This document shows, piece by piece, positions 8,504-18,228 of a DNA stretch of 64,000 bases. The position numbers and the translations under genes are program-made. Under the pieces are notes generated by a model. It had not been told where the DNA came from, did not search any database, and saw only the letters and a list, made by a program, of their open reading frames with translations. Source of the stretch: Candidatus Omnitrophota bacterium (GTDB lineage Bacteria; Omnitrophota; Gorgyraeia; Gygaellales; Profunditerraquicolaceae); contig JACQXK010000001.1 in assembly GCA_016208765.1 (NCBI GenBank), positions 128,218-192,217 on the forward strand, written 5' to 3'. The first letter of the stretch is position 1, and each line of letters begins with the position of its first letter.

Positions 8504-10153
8504 GTGCAAACTGGAATAAAAATTGATTTTAAGCAGATTTTTCTTTTAATAATTCTATCTTATATTTTCCTGATTATGGGTAACAGCATTTTGAGCCTTA
8601 CAAATCCTGATGAAGTTTTCTATTCGCAGACCGCGAGGGAGATGATCCAGAAAAAAGAGTGGATTACTCCTTATTTATTCGGCCAGCCTCAATTTGAGAA
8701 ACCGGTACTTTTTTACTGGTTGCTGCGTATTGGTTTCATGATTTTTGGAGCCCTGCCTTTTGTCGCTCGTTTTCCCGCAGCATTATTCGGGATATTCGGC
8801 GCAATTGGCGTGTATCTTCTGGTGCTTTACGGGTATGAGGATAAAAAGAAGGCATTTGCCTGCGCGGTAATTCTTATTTCTTCCGGTTTATATATTGGTC
8901 TGGCGCGGACAGTTTTTATTGACCTGGTTTTTGCGGTATTGATCCTTTTGTCTTTAGTTTCTTTTTTTGTCGGATATATCAGGCCTGTTTTTAAGGCCAG
9001 AGGGATAATTTTATTTTTCTTGTTTGCTGCCTTGGCAGTTTTGGCTAAAGGGCCGCTTGGTTTTACCATGGTGCTGATGGCTGTATTGTTATTTTTAGCG
9101 ATTAAAAAGGACATTAAATTCTTGTTTAATAAATATTTTTTATGTGGATTCTTTGTTTTTCTTTTAGTGTCAGTTCCTTGGTACTTGCTAATGATTTATA
9201 AATATGGCCATAACTTTAGCAGCGAATTTTTTTATAATGTCCATATTCGCAGATTCTTTGAGGCAGAACATCCGGCAAATGACACGTGGTATTTCTATCC
9301 TTTTTCTACGATTGCCTGCATGTTCCCGTGGAGCATTTTTGTTGTAATCTCATTTTTTTATTTTTTTAAACGGATTATCGCAGATAAACAAAACCCAATA
9401 CATCTGTTTTTGGCCTGCTGGATAGCGGCTGTTTTTGTTACTTTTCAATTTGCACATTCAAAGTTAGTAAGTTATATTTTTCCGCTTTTCCCTGCGGTGG
9501 CTGTAATATCGGGAGATTTTTTCTGTAATGTTGTCAGTTCCGGAAAAACAAAACCAATAAAGCTTATTTCATTGATTATGTGGGTTGTGCTTGCATTATT
9601 TCCTGCAGGGCTTTTGTTTGCGGCGGGTAAATATCCAGAATATATCGTTTCCAAAACGCCGTTTTATAATTTTATCATTTTGTATTCTCTCATATTAATT
9701 GTGATGCTGGTGTCAATTATAAAAAAGAAATACTGGTTAAATTTTTATTTAATAGCCATACAGGTCCCGCTTTTAATATTTTTTGTTTTTTATTTTCACA
9801 ATAATTACGAGGATTTTATTTCCAGCAAAAACCCATGCAGGTATCTACTGGATAATTATAAGGTTGAAGGGAGAATTATCTGCTCTAAGTCATTTATGCG
9901 CGGTGTGCGTTTTTATACTGACAAGGACGTAGCTATGCTTAGTATCGGAGGCAGCTCTCTTTACAGCCCTCATCCGGTGCCTATTTTAGATTCAGAAGAA
10001 CATGTAAGGCAGTTTCTTGGCACTCAAGGGGTAACTTATTGTGTTTTAAGCAAATCATCAGTTGAGGATTTAAAGCGTATTGCAATTCAATATAGCGTTT
10101 CGGTGTTAAAGATCTTTGGCAATGAATATGTCGTGCAAGTTGTAAAGAAATAA
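8504..10153 (+). CDS. ArnT/PMT-like GT-C glycosyltransferase
   Basis: PDE..Y...AREM, FEKPVL, LAKGP, K...YIFP; many TM segments. Confidence 0.9.
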   Translation: MQTGIKIDFKQIFLLIILSYIFLIMGNSILSLTNPDEVFYSQTAREMIQKKEWITPYLFGQPQFEKPVLFYWLLRIGFMIFGALPFVARFPAALFGIFGAIGVYLLVLYGYEDKKKAFACAVILISSGLYIGLARTVFIDLVFAVLILLSLVSFFVGYIRPVFKARGIILFFLFAALAVLAKGPLGFTMVLMAVLLFLAIKKDIKFLFNKYFLCGFFVFLLVSVPWYLLMIYKYGHNFSSEFFYNVHIRRFFEAEHPANDTWYFYPFSTIACMFPWSIFVVISFFYFFKRIIADKQNPIHLFLACWIAAVFVTFQFAHSKLVSYIFPLFPAVAVISGDFFCNVVSSGKTKPIKLISLIMWVVLALFPAGLLFAAGKYPEYIVSKTPFYNFIILYSLILIVMLVSIIKKKYWLNFYLIAIQVPLLIFFVFYFHNNYEDFISSKNPCRYLLDNYKVEGRIICSKSFMRGVRFYTDKDVAMLSIGGSSLYSPHPVPILDSEEHVRQFLGTQGVTYCVLSKSSVEDLKRIAIQYSVSVLKIFGNEYVVQVVKK

Positions 10154-10195
10154 GAGTTTTCTCTTGATTTTTCCGCCTAAAATGGTAGAAATAAT

Positions 10196-11542
10196 ATGCA
10201 TATGAAGAAAACTGTTTTATTATTTCTGCTATTTAGTGTATTATTCCCGCCTTTTCTTTTCTGTAATGAACCCAGTAATGAAGAATTTTCTCTGAGCCTC
10301 CAGGATGCCATTGGCATTGCCTTTAAGAACAATAAAGATATCCAGATCAGTGAACAGGATATTTCTTTTGCCAAGGCCGGGATCATGTCTGCCCGTAGCC
10401 AATTCCTTCCAAACGTAGACGCTAACTATAGTTATACCCATAATGAAGCGGTAAGCCCGATCACTGTGCAAGGTACAAAGAAAGATATCGGCCTTTTTAC
10501 CGGGTATAAGAATGATAATCTTGTAGGAATAGGCGTAACCCAGACTGTTTATGATGGTGGGGCGAATATTGCAAGCTTCCGGCAGGCGCAATTAAACCTG
10601 AAAGTAAGCTCTGAAACTTTGCGCACCAAGAAGCTGGATGTTGAATTTGAAACAAAACGGCTTTATTACGGGCTGATGCTTGCTTATGAAACAGAGCGTA
10701 TTGCGCAGGATCTGGTAGGCCAGGCCAAATCGCATTATGAAGACGTGAATGCAAAGTTTGGACAGGGGACGTCTTCTAAATTTGATGTTTTGCAATCAAG
10801 TGTTCAGGTTTCAAAATTAATGCCTCAGTTTATCAGTTCGGTTAATGATATCAGGCTGGTTATGGCAGATTTAAACAAGGCGCTGGGTATAAAAATTCAA
10901 ACCGAGACAAAAGCAAGGGATAAATTTACTTATAGCCTTATTGAAATAAAAGAAGATGAGTTTTTGCGCCAGGCATATTTGACTGCCCCCGAGATGACGG
11001 TTAAGTCTTTGGGTATTGATATTAATAAATGGGCGATTAACATTGCAAAGGCAGGATACCGTCCGCAGCTAACTGCCGATTTAAATTATTTTTATCGCTC
11101 CAACAACTGGAATACTATGTTTAACACCAAACATAATAACTGGAATGCTGGTATTGCGTTAAGTGTGCCGATTTTTGACGGTTTTTCTTCCAAGGCAAAA
11201 GTGGATGAGGCAAAGGCGCGTTATACACAGTCAAATCTTGATAAGGCAAACCTTATTGATCAGATCGCCGTTAATATCCGCCAGGCATGCCTTGATCTAA
11301 AAGAGGCCCAGACAATTATTGATTCACAAAAAGATAATGTGGAAGAAGCAAGGGAGGCCTTAAGGATCGCTAATGTTGGTTATGATAACGGAGTTAACAC
11401 AAACCTGGATGTTTTAGATGCGCAGGTTTCTCTGGCGCAGGTGGAGCAAAATTTGGCGCAGGGGATCTATGACTATCTTTTGGCCAAGGCATTTCTTGAA
11501 CGTACAATAGGGATTAGTTATATTGAGGAGGCAAAAAAATGA
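10196..11542 (+). CDS. TolC-family outer membrane efflux protein
   Basis: Signal peptide, two OEP repeats, PIFDG, G....LDVLDAQ. Confidence 0.9.
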   Translation: MHMKKTVLLFLLFSVLFPPFLFCNEPSNEEFSLSLQDAIGIAFKNNKDIQISEQDISFAKAGIMSARSQFLPNVDANYSYTHNEAVSPITVQGTKKDIGLFTGYKNDNLVGIGVTQTVYDGGANIASFRQAQLNLKVSSETLRTKKLDVEFETKRLYYGLMLAYETERIAQDLVGQAKSHYEDVNAKFGQGTSSKFDVLQSSVQVSKLMPQFISSVNDIRLVMADLNKALGIKIQTETKARDKFTYSLIEIKEDEFLRQAYLTAPEMTVKSLGIDINKWAINIAKAGYRPQLTADLNYFYRSNNWNTMFNTKHNNWNAGIALSVPIFDGFSSKAKVDEAKARYTQSNLDKANLIDQIAVNIRQACLDLKEAQTIIDSQKDNVEEAREALRIANVGYDNGVNTNLDVLDAQVSLAQVEQNLAQGIYDYLLAKAFLERTIGISYIEEAKK

Positions 11543-12378
11543 AGAAAAGAGGTAAGTTGATAATCCTGGCACTGATAATTATTGCGGCAGGTGCTGCGGG
11601 ATTTCTCTTTGCACGTTATGAGAAAGAAATAAACGCTAAAAAAATAGTTAAGGTTTCAGGAAACATTGAAGGGGATGATGTAAGGATTTCCTTCCGTTAT
11701 GAGGGCCAGATTCTGGAATTATTGACCGACGAAGGAGAAGTAATCAAAAAAGGCGATATTGTGGCGCGCCTTAATACCGACGAATTAACCAAAATAAGGG
11801 ATAATGCCTTAGGTGAATTAAAGGCTGCGCAATATAATCATGAGCTTGCCAGGATAGATTATGAACGCGCGGAAAATCTTTTAAAGGCAGGGGCCATTTC
11901 CGTGCAAAAAAGAGATGATGCCAAAACTACCTTTGATTCTTCAAAAGCAGATGTGGATAAACTGCAGGCTTCTCTGGATCTTGCCCAAACCCGCCTGGGC
12001 TTTGCTGAGTTAGCCTCTCCGTTAAACGGCTATGTTTTAGTAAAGAGCTCGCTGCCCGGTGAAGTGGTGCAGGTGGGCACGCCTGTTTTTACAGCCATAG
12101 ACTTAAATAATATCTGGGTTACCGCTTATATTAATGAAACAGATTTAGGCCGTGTTAAATTAAATCAAAAAGCCGAAGTCAAGACAGATACTTATACAAA
12201 CAAGGTTTATAACGGATGGATTTCTTTTATTTCAAGCCAGGCAGAGTTTACGCCAAAGCAGATTCAGACCGATATAGAACGGGTTAAGTTGGTCTATCGC
12301 ATAAAGGTCAGGGTGGATAATTCCAGCCTTGATTTAAAACCCGGCATGCCTGCAGATGCGTATATAAGTACTGAATGA
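11539..12378 (+). CDS. HlyD/YbhG-like membrane fusion protein
   Basis: N-terminal anchor, AEFTPKQIQT, VYRIK, LKPGMPAD. Confidence 0.9.
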   Translation: MKKRGKLIILALIIIAAGAAGFLFARYEKEINAKKIVKVSGNIEGDDVRISFRYEGQILELLTDEGEVIKKGDIVARLNTDELTKIRDNALGELKAAQYNHELARIDYERAENLLKAGAISVQKRDDAKTTFDSSKADVDKLQASLDLAQTRLGFAELASPLNGYVLVKSSLPGEVVQVGTPVFTAIDLNNIWVTAYINETDLGRVKLNQKAEVKTDTYTNKVYNGWISFISSQAEFTPKQIQTDIERVKLVYRIKVRVDNSSLDLKPGMPADAYISTE

Positions 12379-12403
12379 ATCAGCTATAAGCCATGAAACT
12401 TTA

Positions 12404-12439
12404 ATCCGCGGCCATTCTGAATATTGTATCCGCGGCCAT
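12404..12439. repeat. 12-bp direct repeat (atccgcggccat x2, 24-bp period), intergenic
   Basis: Copies at 12404-12415 and 12428-12439. Confidence 0.7.
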
Positions 12440-12454
12440 CCGCATTTAATTAAT

Positions 12455-13186
12455 ATGATTACCATAAAAACAGAAAAACTCAGCCGTAAATTCGGAGATC
12501 TTGTTGCTGTAGATGATCTGAACCTGGAAGTGGAAGAGGGGGAAATTTTCGGTTTGGTCGGCCCTGATGGAGCCGGAAAAACCACTACCATGCGCCTTTT
12601 AACCGGGATCCTTGAGCCTACAGACGGGCAGGCATGGGTTTATAATAAACATACTGTAAAAGAAGCTGAGCCTCTTAAAGAGAATATTGCTTATATGTCG
12701 CAGCGTTTTGGGCTTTACGAAGAATTGACCGTATTGGAGAATATAAATTTTTATGCTGATGTTTATGGGGTTGCCAAAGATAAGCGCCAGGAGTCTATTG
12801 AGCGCTTGCTTGGTTTTTCAGGGTTGTTGCCTTTTAAGGCGCGTTTTGCAGGCAAGCTTTCCGGAGGGATGAAACAGAAACTGGGCTTGGCGTGCGCCCT
12901 TATCCATACGCCGAGGGTTTTATTTCTTGATGAGCCTACAAACGGAGTTGATCCGGTTTCCCGGAGAGATTTCTGGAAAATTCTTTATGACCTGCTAAAA
13001 GAGAAAGTTACCATATTTTGCTCTACGTGTTATCTGGATGAAGCTGAACGCTGCCGCAGGGTGGGCCTGATGCATAAAGGAAAACTTTTGCGTTGTGAGT
13101 CACCTGAGAGAATTAAGAAAGAATATAACGCCAAAACTTTGGAAGAGGCTTTTATTACTATAATTAAGGAATATGAATCAAAATAG
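12455..13186 (+). CDS. ABC transporter ATP-binding protein (YbhF-like N half)
   Basis: GPDGAGKTT, LSGGMKQK, LDEPT. Confidence 0.95.
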   Translation: MITIKTEKLSRKFGDLVAVDDLNLEVEEGEIFGLVGPDGAGKTTTMRLLTGILEPTDGQAWVYNKHTVKEAEPLKENIAYMSQRFGLYEELTVLENINFYADVYGVAKDKRQESIERLLGFSGLLPFKARFAGKLSGGMKQKLGLACALIHTPRVLFLDEPTNGVDPVSRRDFWKILYDLLKEKVTIFCSTCYLDEAERCRRVGLMHKGKLLRCESPERIKKEYNAKTLEEAFITIIKEYESK

Positions 13187-14126
13187 TATTGCTGTTAGCG
13201 TAGAGAAGCTTGAAAAGAAATTCGGCCAGTTTACCGCTGTTAACAAGATTGATTTTGAAGTTAAACAGGGGGAGATATTTGGTTTCTTAGGGCCTAATGG
13301 CGCCGGGAAATCTACGACGATCAGGATGCTTTGCGGGATTATCCCTCCTACCTCAGGGAGCGGGCAGGTCGGAGGGTATGATATTATCAAAGAGCAGTAT
13401 AAAATTAAGCAGCATATCGGTTACATGTCGCAAAAGTTCTCTCTTTATAATGATCTGACTGTTGAAGAAAATATTAATTTTTATTGCGGAATATACAAAA
13501 TACCGCCGTCGGAAAAAAAAGAACGTTTTGACGCGGCTATACACACAGCCGGATTGGAAGGGATGGAATCCCGCCTTACCGCTACGCTTGCCGGCGGTTG
13601 GAAGCAACGTTTAGCTTTAGGGTGCGCGCTTTTACATAAGCCAAATATCATATTTCTTGATGAGCCGACATCAGGAGTTGATCCGATAACCCGCGCTAAT
13701 TTCTGGTCGGTTATTAAGGAATTGGCAAGCCGCGGGGTAACCGTGTTTGTAACCACCCACTATATGGACGAGGCTGAAAATTGCAATCGCATGGTTTTAA
13801 TTTATCGCGGGACAATTATTGCTGCAGGCACGCCGGGTGAAATGAAAACGTCTATGAAAAATGAGGTGCTTGAGATCGTAGTTTTAAATTCGCAAGGCTG
13901 GCTTGAGAGGATCAGCAGGATAGAAGGTATTAAGGAAGCCGCGCTTTTTGGGGCGGCGATCCATGTAGTTGTTTATGATAGCGCCAAGGCGATTCCCGCA
14001 ATTAAGGAATTTCTTAATAAAGAAGGGGCAGGGGAATTTAATGTTAACAAGATCCTTCCTTCCCTTGAAGATGTTTTTGTTTCAGCCATAGAAAGCTATG
14101 ATCATACAGAGTCTAAGAAGAATTAA
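13173..14126 (+). CDS. ABC transporter ATP-binding protein (YbhF-like C half)
   Basis: GPNGAGKST, LAGGWKQR, LDEPTSGVDP, THYMDEAE. Confidence 0.95.
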   Translation: MNQNSIAVSVEKLEKKFGQFTAVNKIDFEVKQGEIFGFLGPNGAGKSTTIRMLCGIIPPTSGSGQVGGYDIIKEQYKIKQHIGYMSQKFSLYNDLTVEENINFYCGIYKIPPSEKKERFDAAIHTAGLEGMESRLTATLAGGWKQRLALGCALLHKPNIIFLDEPTSGVDPITRANFWSVIKELASRGVTVFVTTHYMDEAENCNRMVLIYRGTIIAAGTPGEMKTSMKNEVLEIVVLNSQGWLERISRIEGIKEAALFGAAIHVVVYDSAKAIPAIKEFLNKEGAGEFNVNKILPSLEDVFVSAIESYDHTESKKN

Positions 14127-15240
14127 GGCAATAGCTTGGAAGGAATTTATCCAGATCAGGCGCGACCCGCGCTCGCTGGCAATGGCGCTGGGTATCCCCA
14201 TATTTTTGTTAATAATTTTTGGCTACGGCTTGTCTTTGGATATTGACCATGTGCGCACCATTGTCTGGAACCAGGACCAGTCATCAAAACTTACCAGGGA
14301 TTTTCTGCTTAATTTCAAGAATTCAAAATATTTTAAGATCGTCGGCTATACTGATAATTACCGCGAGATTGAACATAAGATTAACAGCGGCGAAGTGCTT
14401 TTGGCTTTGGTTATTCCAAAAGATTTTTCTCAATTTATTGAATCAGGAAAATCCGCTCCTTTGCAGTTAATCGCTGACGGAAGCGATGCCAACACAGCCA
14501 CTATTGCCATTGGTTATGTGCGTTCAGTGGTATCTAAATATAATGTTGAACTTGCGGTTAAAACTTTTACACAGGTCGGGTTAAATCCTCCTAAAACATT
14601 GAGTGTCAGTTCAAGGGTCTGGTACAATATGGGGCTTACCAGTACATGGTTCATTGTTCCCGGAGTTATCGCAATGATCATCATGATCATTGCGGCGTTG
14701 GTTACTTCTACTTGTATTGCAAAAGAATGGGAAAGAGGGACCATGGAACAATTGATCTCTACGCCGGTAAAAGCTCCGGAGCTTGTAATCGGCAAATTCA
14801 TTCCATATTTTGCCATCGGTTTTTTTGATCTGATGGTCGGAGTTTTAATGGGAGAGGTTCTGTTTGGCGTGCCTTTTAGGGGGAGTTACATATTGCTTAT
14901 TATTTTAAGTTCGCTTTTTTTAACCGGAGCGCTTTCACAAGGGATCTTAATTTCTGTTGTTGCCCGCACGCAATTAATGGCAAGCCAGCTTGCCAGCCTT
15001 ACCACTCTTATACCAACTTTACTTTTGTCAGGTTTTATCTATCCGATTTTTAACATGCCTAAAGTAGTGCAGGCCCTGACGTACCTTGTTCCGGCGAGAT
15101 ATTATATCATTATCTTGAGAGATTCGTTTTTAAAAGGAAATAGTATTGATGTAATGTGGGATGAAGCCTTATTTTTACTGATGTTTGCTTTTGTGATGCT
15201 TGCCATTTCAATAAGGAAATTTAAAAAGAAGGTGGCATAA
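14098..15240 (+). CDS. ABC-2 permease (YbhS-like)
   Basis: KEFIQIRRD, EWERGTMEQL, LLSGFIYPI. Confidence 0.9.
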   Translation: MIIQSLRRIKAIAWKEFIQIRRDPRSLAMALGIPIFLLIIFGYGLSLDIDHVRTIVWNQDQSSKLTRDFLLNFKNSKYFKIVGYTDNYREIEHKINSGEVLLALVIPKDFSQFIESGKSAPLQLIADGSDANTATIAIGYVRSVVSKYNVELAVKTFTQVGLNPPKTLSVSSRVWYNMGLTSTWFIVPGVIAMIIMIIAALVTSTCIAKEWERGTMEQLISTPVKAPELVIGKFIPYFAIGFFDLMVGVLMGEVLFGVPFRGSYILLIILSSLFLTGALSQGILISVVARTQLMASQLASLTTLIPTLLLSGFIYPIFNMPKVVQALTYLVPARYYIIILRDSFLKGNSIDVMWDEALFLLMFAFVMLAISIRKFKKKVA

Positions 15241-15297
15241 AATAATTAAGGTGTCCATCCCGCTTTGCGGGATTTCGGTTGGATAAAATAATTAAGG
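15237..15297. repeat. Small palindrome bracketed by 15-bp direct repeats
   Basis: ataaaataattaagg at 15237-15251 and 15283-15297, around atcccgc-ttt-gcgggat. Confidence 0.75.
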
Positions 15298-15303
15298 AGT
15301 TTA

Positions 15304-16431
15304 ATGTTTGAGAGAATTAAGGCGATCCTGATCAAAGAGTTTAAGCAGATCTTCCGCGATCCGCGAATGAAGACGGTTATTTTTGTTACTCCGCTTATAC
15401 AGATAATTCTTTTCGGTTATGCCGCAAACAAAGATATCAATTATATACCTACCGCAATTTATGACCGCGATAACACCAAGGAGAGCCGTGAGCTTTTACG
15501 CAAGTTTACCTATTCTAAATATTTTGTGCCTGAGAGATATATTTATAGCGATAAAGAACAGAACCTGGTTTTAGACAAAGGGCTTTCAAGCGTGGTTATT
15601 CGCATTGACCGCGGGTTCGGCCGCAATCTTAAAGCAGGGAAGAACGCTAATATCCAGATGGCTTACGACGGCACAGATTCAAACACAGCCATGGTTATTA
15701 TGGGTTATGCCAACACAATTATCAGTAATTATCAGGATGAGCTTCTTAAAGAAAGGGCAGATGCCGTTGGTAAGATAGCAGCCATATCCAATGTCAGGCT
15801 TGAGGATCGCGCATGGTTTAATGGGAACCTTATCTCAAGGAATTATTATTTGCCCGGCGTAATTGCTACCATTGTAACGATGATGTCTCTTTTATTGACT
15901 GCTATGGCTATAGTTAAAGAGAAGGAAATCGGCACGATGGAACAATTGACTGTCAGTCCGTTAAAACCGATTGAGTTGATTGTGGGAAAACTTCTTCCTT
16001 TTGGAGCAATCGCCCTTGTCCAGATTACCCTGATTACTATATTGGGCGTTTTGTGGTTTGGCGTGCCGTTAAGAGGGAATTTACTTTTATTGCTTTTCGC
16101 CACTTGCGTATATTTGTTTACTACTTTGGGGATAGGTTTGTTTATTTCCACAATATCTTCAACCCAGCAGGAAGCAATGATGTCTGTGTTCCTGTTTTAC
16201 CAGCCGACGGTTTTACTTTCAGGTTTTGCCTATCCTATTATTAATATGCCGCAGGTTATCCAGTGGTTTACTTTTCTTAATCCGTTGCGGTATTTTATGG
16301 TAGTGATCAGGAGCATATTTTTAAAAGGCGTAGGCCTTGATATTCTTTGGGCGCAACTCCTGCCGCTTGTAGCTATCGGAGTATTCGTTGTTATTCTTAG
16401 CACCCTGAAATTTAGAAAAAGTATGGGTTAG
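15304..16431 (+). CDS. ABC-2 permease (YbhR-like)
   Basis: KEFKQIFRD, KEKEIGTMEQL, NPLRYF. Confidence 0.9.
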   Translation: MFERIKAILIKEFKQIFRDPRMKTVIFVTPLIQIILFGYAANKDINYIPTAIYDRDNTKESRELLRKFTYSKYFVPERYIYSDKEQNLVLDKGLSSVVIRIDRGFGRNLKAGKNANIQMAYDGTDSNTAMVIMGYANTIISNYQDELLKERADAVGKIAAISNVRLEDRAWFNGNLISRNYYLPGVIATIVTMMSLLLTAMAIVKEKEIGTMEQLTVSPLKPIELIVGKLLPFGAIALVQITLITILGVLWFGVPLRGNLLLLLFATCVYLFTTLGIGLFISTISSTQQEAMMSVFLFYQPTVLLSGFAYPIINMPQVIQWFTFLNPLRYFMVVIRSIFLKGVGLDILWAQLLPLVAIGVFVVILSTLKFRKSMG

Positions 16432-16441
16432 ATGATCTAAA

Positions 16442-17578
16442 ATGACGCAGATATTAATTTTCTTAAAACAAAAAATTGAATTTATGGTTTTGATTTTTAT
16501 TTTCCTTTCTTATCCGCTATCTGCATTTGCGAAATCTCAAGCTGTTAAGCCGGCACCTGAATATGAAAAGATCTTTTATAAAGAAAAAGGATGGATCGGT
16601 GCGGATGGGGCATATTCTGTTTCACTTGGCCCTGATACAGCGCTTTGGTTTTTCGGAGATACTTGTATCGGAGAAATCACCTCCGGAAAACGTAAAATTG
16701 ACGCGGTCATTAATAATTCAGTCGGCCTTTTGCGCGGTAAGAATCCCAAAAAGGCTTCAGTTGAATTTTTCTGGAACAAGGATAGCTATGGAAATTCAAC
16801 GTCATTTATTAAACCTGATGACGGGATAGGATGGTTTTGGCCCTTTGGCGCTGTTATAAGCGAAAATAAATTATATATTTTCCTTATGCAGGTAGATAAG
16901 AGCCAGGAGAAGGATAGCCTTGGCTTTAAGTTGATCGGCACGACTTTAGCCGAGGTTGATAACCCGTTTGATAATCCTTATGAATGGATAATTAACCAGC
17001 GTAAGATCCCTTTTGGGAAGTTTTCAAGCCAGGGAAATTTATTTTTTGGATCCTCTGTTTTAAAAGAAGAGGGTTTCGTTTATATTTACGGATGCAGCGA
17101 GGATTGGTCCAAAGGTCCCGATGGAAGAAGCATGATAATCGCGCGTGTCCCTGTCGATAAAATTACAGATTTTAATTACTGGCGGTTTTTTGCCAAAGAT
17201 GAATGGGTGGCTGATCTTAATATGGTTTCGGGGCTTTTTAACGGGATAGCTACTGAATACTCCGTGCAGTATTATCGTAAGTTAAAAGAATATGTTGTTG
17301 TTTATACCCAGGATAGCATGTCTATGAATGTGCTTGCCAGAACTTCACTTACGCCTTTTGGCCCCTGGAGCAAACCAAGGATAATTTATGAATGTCCTGA
17401 GTATGCGTGGGACAAGGGTTATTTTTGTTATGCTGCCAAGGCGCATCCAGAGCTTTCTTTAAAGAAAGAAGATTTAATTATTACTTATGTTTGTAACTCT
17501 ACTGATATGGACAAATTATCAAGTGATGTCCGCATATATTGGCCGCGTTTTATTAAGGCACGGATTGATCCTGAATAA
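16442..17578 (+). CDS. Exported DUF4185/DUF5005-like protein (putative beta-propeller hydrolase)
   Basis: Signal peptide; GWIGADGAYS, WFFGDT, P.GPWS, YAAKAHP. Confidence 0.7.
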   Translation: MTQILIFLKQKIEFMVLIFIFLSYPLSAFAKSQAVKPAPEYEKIFYKEKGWIGADGAYSVSLGPDTALWFFGDTCIGEITSGKRKIDAVINNSVGLLRGKNPKKASVEFFWNKDSYGNSTSFIKPDDGIGWFWPFGAVISENKLYIFLMQVDKSQEKDSLGFKLIGTTLAEVDNPFDNPYEWIINQRKIPFGKFSSQGNLFFGSSVLKEEGFVYIYGCSEDWSKGPDGRSMIIARVPVDKITDFNYWRFFAKDEWVADLNMVSGLFNGIATEYSVQYYRKLKEYVVVYTQDSMSMNVLARTSLTPFGPWSKPRIIYECPEYAWDKGYFCYAAKAHPELSLKKEDLIITYVCNSTDMDKLSSDVRIYWPRFIKARIDPE

Positions 17579-17629
17579 CCTTGAAATAAAATCAGGTTAA
17601 GGTATAATGCCTCTGTTTGGAGGAATCTT

Positions 17630-18226
17630 ATGTTAAAAAGAAGAATTTTTTTTTCCTTAGTTTTGTTTTTTGCGCTTACCTTGTTTATCAAACCTGCTCA
17701 GGCAGCTAATCCAAGAATGAAAAGCCTGCAATTGCAGCAAAGAAAAACTTACCGGGATTTCTCAATAAACGAATCGGCGGCATTAAGAAAGTTTGTAACC
17801 AGTATTAAGCGCATGGCTCCTGCCGTAAGAAAAACCGCCGTTACAGAATATAAACAAATTTTAAAACAGAAAAAAGTATTATTTCTAAATTTAATCAAAC
17901 AGCAAAGAAGAATTCTTTCCGGTAAGGACAAGCGTTTAAAATGTTCGCTGGGAGAATTGAAGATGGGCGAATTAATGATGTTCTTTGAGGTTCAGCTTCA
18001 GGATATGCTGCAAAACTTTAATAATCAGGCATATTCAGCAGTTAATTTTGCAAGAAGGTTTTCAATAGACAAGGCCCTTACTATAAAGCAAAAGCAGCAG
18101 GCTGTGCAGGGGTATTTTAAGGAAGATAAAGAAGAAAATGAACTTATTAACCAGCGGCAGAAGATTGAGTTGGAAAAAGAATTAGAGAAGCTTTGCAGGG
18201 GGATATTGCGTGAGCAGAAAGGGTAA
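17630..18226 (+). CDS. Exported basic helical hypothetical protein
   Basis: GGAGG RBS, signal peptide ending AQA, ttgaaa-N16-tataat upstream. Confidence 0.7.
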   Translation: MLKRRIFFSLVLFFALTLFIKPAQAANPRMKSLQLQQRKTYRDFSINESAALRKFVTSIKRMAPAVRKTAVTEYKQILKQKKVLFLNLIKQQRRILSGKDKRLKCSLGELKMGELMMFFEVQLQDMLQNFNNQAYSAVNFARRFSIDKALTIKQKQQAVQGYFKEDKEENELINQRQKIELEKELEKLCRGILREQKG

Positions 18227-18228
18227 TT

